From positions 1,198,446 to 1,262,445 of the forward strand of contig NW_003314265.1 of assembly GCF_000143415.4 (NCBI RefSeq): DNA of 64,000 bases, read 5' to 3'. Under the pieces are notes generated by a model. It was not told the DNA's origin and made no database searches. It saw only the letters and a list, made by a program, of their open reading frames with translations. The DNA is from Selaginella moellendorffii (Eukaryota > Plantae > Lycopodiophyta). Position 1 is the stretch's first letter; each line of letters starts with the position of its first letter. A program made the translations under genes and the position numbers. Positions 60,488-64,000 of this stretch are shown here, piece after piece.

Positions 60488-62842
60488 GAGCCCAAAACCC
60501 TAGCCCTAGCTGACGTGGCCGGCTAGGGCTTTGCGAACTTATCCCACATGCCCAAGCGCAAGGAAATGCCACCATATAAATAGGCAGTGTAGGTCATATC
60601 TTACGTGTTCGTAGAATGGAGAGATGTTTGGCATCTCCCTCGACAAGGACGGGAATAACCTTCGGGTTTGAACACACAGATGTGGTTAAGGCATCCCACC
60701 CTCGGGTGGATCTTACCCCCAGTTTTTGTTTTTTTTTAAATTTTTTTTCTGGTATGCGTTTTCTGCGATTACAGCCATGCTCATGAAAAGAAAGCGAGAA
60801 CATCATATATTTGGCTCAAGCTGATCTGGAAGGCAAGTGATTCCAACTTCCAAGCTGATGCATGAAGGCTTCAACAGCTTTCCCAACTACTGCTGTCGGA
60901 AATCGATTCCTCCCAGGGAAACATCACTTCGTTTCCAACAATAAACAGCGAGAAAGCTCCTCGAGATGTGAGATCTTTCGTCTCCATAAGAAACAAGAGA
61001 ACCTTCACACTCCCGATGCAGTCGGCCAGGGAACGCAGATCTTCATGCTGGACAGATTTTGCAGAGAATTCAAGCTTGTCAAGCCTGAGATTAAAGTTCC
61101 CAATGGAGGTACATTTAATGGTCTTGTCCTTGTTTCTTGGAGAAAAGCTTGCTAACTTTGAAGTATTTCTTACGAAATTGATTTGCCTGGAGGACTCTTT
61201 GATGCTACATTGCTACATTGCTACATTGATGATATAAAAAGGGGCAAAATCTAAAGAAGTACTAGGTAAAGTATATACTTGATGGTACTAATAGATGTAA
61301 AACAATTTTCTATGGTGATATTACTATGTTGAGATTAGATTAGAAGTTTTTTTTTTTTAAGAAGTTGGCAGTAGAGCTTGTGACAAAAAGGAGAAAAGTT
61401 TTGGACATCTGTCTAATTGCTAGATGTGCTAGAGCTAGAAAGCTATAAAAATGTATAAAATATGAAGATTTAGAAATATATTTGTATATTCATTCCAAAA
61501 TAAATTATGCATTAAAATCATTCATTTAAATTTTATTTTTTTTTAGAAATCACTTAAATCATATGTTTAATAAAAAACTTAACAAAGAGTAATACTAATT
61601 AGTTAATGCTCACTAAAAATATCTCCTCACACAAGATAAAACATGGGATAATTCAAGATTGTAATTATGATTTTCATCAAAAATTTGCGATTTCAATCCA
61701 GCACTATATTATTAAATGCATTAATTTAATAAATTCCATTTAATTTTATTTTCAGCACTACCATTTAACAAATATTATTTAAATCAGTAAAACTTATTTA
61801 TAAAAAATCAACAATAATAAATAAATAAATAATTTAAATTAGATTAAACATAATTATATAAATTGTTATGAATATTCACCATAAGTTTATAAAACATCTT
61901 CATAATAAATTGAACATTTTTCAAAATTATTCTCAAGTTTGTGAAAGTTTAAACAATATAATTGTATAATTATACATATTATTAAATTATAAATGCATAC
62001 TCTTTTTCAATTATATAGTACAATGTAAGTGATATAGTTGTAAATTTAATATATTTTTTTTGGAAAAAGTTACATTAACAATATATATTAACAAATAAAG
62101 TAAAATTTTGAATTAAATGAGAGAACATCCATTAATATTTTTATTAATGAACTTTTATTTTATAAATTTTTTTATTAATATTTTACTTCCAAATGCTATA
62201 TAATTTGGGTATTAAGGATTATTATAGTTGGACTAATTACTATCAAATGCATTTTATAAACTATTTTCTATTTTAAATTTTTAAAGTTATTTCACAAAAA
62301 ACTAAACAATTCATTCTTGAGTATTAATAATAGAGAGTACCTAAAGTGTATTATCGAGGTTGTTTACAAAAATGAGGATATAAAAATACTCAAAGTAGAG
62401 GTCAGGGGATGAAAATAAGCTGGGTGCAATTTGATGGTTGGAATTAAAATCAAGTCGAATAAAAATGTTAAAAATTGAAAATATTTACCATTATGTTTTG
62501 TCGAAAAATTCCAAACCTAATAAAATAGAAATTAAGTTCTAAGATTAAAATAAAATTAATATTAAAATAATTAAAATTATTAATTATTTAACATCAGTAT
62601 GATCAATACTATCTGAACAAGCAACATAAGCATTATCCCCAAAGTCATGTTAAAGCTTGAATTAAAGAATTTGCTTAGTGAGAAGGCACAAACAAACTCA
62701 ATGACATGGCAAACACCACAAGAAAATCATTGAAAAAACTACCAATTTCCCTTTGCTATGTGTAAAACAACTAGCTCTTATACTAGAATCTATTTGTAAT
62801 TTGTAACTATTTTCCAACATGAAATTTAAACCTACATTTTTA

Positions 62843-64000
62843 TCACTTTGGGTTCCAGCGTTGCGGCCAGGAGTATAGGTTCTTGTGACGGCCGTAGCTC
62901 CAGTTTTGGTGGTGATGATCGCTTCGTCGCGGCCAGCTTTGGCTCTGACCGCCGTAGTACTCGCTCGGCCAACGCTGATGATCATAGCCATACTCTGGAG
63001 CTTGCGAGGTCGAGGGATCGTAAGGATTGTGGTATTGATGATCGTAGCTCGTGGATTGATCGTAGCTAGCAGCATTGTAATAGTCCTCCGGCTGCTGCTG
63101 CTGCTGGTAGTAGTTCTGTGGATCGGAGTGGTATTGGTTGTAGTAGTCGTAAGAAGGTGGAGATGATTGGGCCGAGGAATCGTAGTACTGTTGGCTCCAG
63201 GATTGCTGGGGCTGCTGGGAGTGCTGGCTCCACGAAGAGGTTTGATGGGGAGCTTGATCCCACCAAGATTGCTGCTGTTGTTGTTGGTCGTAAGGTTGCG
63301 AGGAATTGGATTGCTGCTCTGGCCAGGATGTTTGATTGTTCCAATTGGAATTGCTGGGCCACGATGGCTGTTGCTTCCAAGCCCAAGATGGATTTGTATA
63401 GTTCCAGGGAGAGTAAGCTTGTGCCTCGAATGGCGACGACGAAGAAGAGAAGAAAGCCTGCGGGGAGACCATGTTGTAAGATTGCTGCTGAGGAAATTGT
63501 TGTGAGAAGCCTGGCATTCCGCGCGGCTGCTGTTGCAATCCCATTCCCATCATGGTGGCTCCTCCGCGACTGAATTGCTGCTGGAATGGATTCATCATCA
63601 CCGGAGGCGAGCGGCTCATCATCGTCATTCCCGGGAATCTCATCGCCATCATCATCCCAGGCTGCTGCTGCGGCATCATCATTCCCTGCTGCATCGCTCC
63701 CAGCCTTGGGGGGACCATCATCATCGGCACTTGCGGCCTGATGCCTCGAATTCCACTCAGTCCTCCCATGAGGCCGGATTGGGGAGGCACTGCGAGAGCG
63801 CCGCCGGGAGCTGAAGATCCTGGCTTCGTTCCAGCTGCTGGCTCGTCGCCTGCGCTGCCTTGATCGGATACACGCTCCTCCGTTGCAGTGCTCGTCTCCT
63901 CCTCGCTGCTCTCCACCGCTTTCTTCAGTTTGGTCTTCGTCTTGCTCGCGGAGGTAGCGGCCTTTTTGCTCTTCTGCGTGGCCGCCGCATTTTTCGACGA
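62843..64000 (-). CDS. 3' part of a gene (5' end outside the window) ending in a Met/Gln/Pro-rich then Gln/Ser/Tyr/Trp-rich low-complexity region
   Basis: The frame appears open from the window edge to the stop at 62843. GC-rich coding-like composition starts abruptly after the AT-rich desert. Confidence 0.7.
   Translation of the reverse strand, partial: SSKNAAATQKSKKAATSASKTKTKLKKAVESSEEETSTATEERVSDQGSAGDEPAAGTKPGSSAPGGALAVPPQSGLMGGLSGIRGIRPQVPMMMVPPRLGAMQQGMMMPQQQPGMMMAMRFPGMTMMSRSPPVMMNPFQQQFSRGGATMMGMGLQQQPRGMPGFSQQFPQQQSYNMVSPQAFFSSSSSPFEAQAYSPWNYTNPSWAWKQQPSWPSNSNWNNQTSWPEQQSNSSQPYDQQQQQQSWWDQAPHQTSSWSQHSQQPQQSWSQQYYDSSAQSSPPSYDYYNQYHSDPQNYYQQQQQPEDYYNAASYDQSTSYDHQYHNPYDPSTSQAPEYGYDHQRWPSEYYGGQSQSWPRRSDHHHQNWSYGRHKNLYSWPQRWNPK

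Noticed and set aside
60550-61240. Moderately GC-rich stretch with short ORFs upstream of the CD2BP2-like gene
   Set aside because: No consistent exon chain or recognisable motif could be built.

Overview
Eukaryotic, land-plant nuclear DNA. It is most consistent with a compact lycophyte genome such as Selaginella (inference from 50-70 bp introns, very short intergenic gaps, PLS-class PPR genes and a flagellar ODF3/SHIPPO gene). GC-balanced, gene-dense islands (about 12.8-41.8 kb and 51.2-60.5 kb) alternate with AT-rich, CpG-depleted deserts of decayed transposons. Recognisable genes: RPC4, an MPP6-like gene, a tafazzin-like acyltransferase, three PLS-PPR genes, Mic10, a repeat/coiled-coil protein, PME-1, a bacterial-type erythromycin-esterase-family gene with one intron, an ODF3/SHIPPO-repeat protein, a probable DSN1, tRNA-Phe, sucrose-phosphate synthase, an AP2/ERF factor, a synaptotagmin, a divergent Argonaute with an intact catalytic tetrad, a CD2BP2/Lin1-like gene and a partial gene with a prion-like tail. 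Also present: a frameshifted pectin methylesterase, a decayed tRNA-His, a solo LTR with a 5-bp TSD and a full-length degenerate Ty3/Gypsy element with 175-bp LTRs. The strongest leads are the horizontal-transfer-candidate esterase, the divergent Argonaute, an operon-like co-oriented run (Mic10-PPR-PPR-tafazzin) and a tRNA-Phe/PPR juxtaposition. I did not find a demonstrably new multi-gene system. Exon boundaries were read by eye and no database searches were run.
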